DNA of 64,000 bases, taken from Tubiluchus corallicola. Taxonomy: Eukaryota > Animalia > Priapulida. A model generated the notes under the pieces. It did no database searches. It worked only from the letters and a program-made list of their open reading frames with translations, and was not told the DNA's origin. Shown here one piece after another: positions 63,046 through 64,000 of this stretch. The stretch is taken from NCBI GenBank assembly GCA_030141605.1, contig JAQGDQ010000037.1:372001-436000 (forward strand), written 5' to 3'. Position numbers and translations under genes: made by a program. Each line of letters starts with the position of its first letter. The first letter of the stretch is position 1.

Positions 63046-64000
63046 TATTTTATTGTTTTTCAGAAGAATTGCAAATTTTAGAGGATCTAAGTCCAAAATT
63101 ATTTTAATTGTACTCCATAATGATTATGTGTAAGCGAGATAAAATCGATCATGAATATGATAAAAGCATTGCGACTATAACAACCAAATGTCCAGATCAC
63201 AGCAATAGTCACGTGTTTATGTTAGCATAACCTTTCATTAGATTTCAATTTCGTTAACAAAACTACAACTAGAGAGCGCCACACGGTGTAACAAATGTTT
63301 ACCCCACTGTAGTATCTGGACATTCTTGCATAACTACACGATAATTAAAGTTAGGTGACCAACGAGCAATGACAAATGGACAATGAACTTTCAACTATGC
63401 TTGTGACACAATTCTATGTAGTAATTCTAGTACTACTGAGTTAATTAACCTGCTTTTCTGCATTAGACAACTTAGGGTAATACTTTCTGAGTAAGAAAAA
63501 TATGGCTGAACCCCGTTCTTTGGAAAGTTTCAACTCACCCGATAATGCATGTTATTTTTTATTTTGTCGACCTTTATTAGAAAAAATATTAGAAAATTTG
63601 TCGAATGTGCTAAATTTAGATGTTACTGATAGACCTAAGCCATAAACGAAGATACTAGTACTAGACCTAAGCCATAAACTCACCCGATAATGCATATCAC
63701 ATGTTTGTCTTGCTCTTACAATTTAATACAATTTTAATATAACACAATTTAGAATAATTTAAATAATTATATTCAATTGTAAAGAGCAGCAAGACAAACA
63801 TTTGTATTTCACAGATGGTTGTTTGTGCAAAACTTTTGAAAAAAGGCCGCGAAAGAGTAAAATTACACGAAAGGAACATGAAAGCTAAAGTCAAAACTGA
63901 ATCATTTATTTTTTCGCTTTGAAGTAAACAACCGTACTTATTCAGCAAGGCGACGTTTCGAACAATGAACTTTTGTAAAATTGCCATTTTACAGTTGGCA

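Overview
AT-rich eukaryotic (metazoan, probably invertebrate) genomic DNA; no prokaryotic features or CRISPR arrays. Left to right: first coding exon of COG3 on the minus strand (6854-7027; later exons not found), an intronless RAD23 CDS (11735-12925, +), and a complete 21-exon PEX1 peroxisomal AAA-ATPase gene that I spliced by hand in consistent phase (14741-37408, +, 3696 nt, 1231 aa). PEX1 intron 9 hosts an intronless antisense DEG/ENaC ion-channel gene (26135-27841, -, 568 aa). In that channel both cysteines of a normally conserved disulfide appear replaced by alanine. The remaining sequence, including 37.4-64 kb, is mostly intronic or intergenic. It holds CR1/L2-type LINE remnants, a deleted pogo/Tigger transposon (2 copies), a hAT-type MITE, three copies of a small inverted-repeat element carrying telomere-like repeats, a ~1.2 kb foldback element, tRNA- and 5S-derived SINE-like pieces, palindromes, and mini/microsatellites. 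All protein identities come from motif recognition by eye, not from database searches. I found no convincing wholly new biological system; the divergent nested channel is the best lead.
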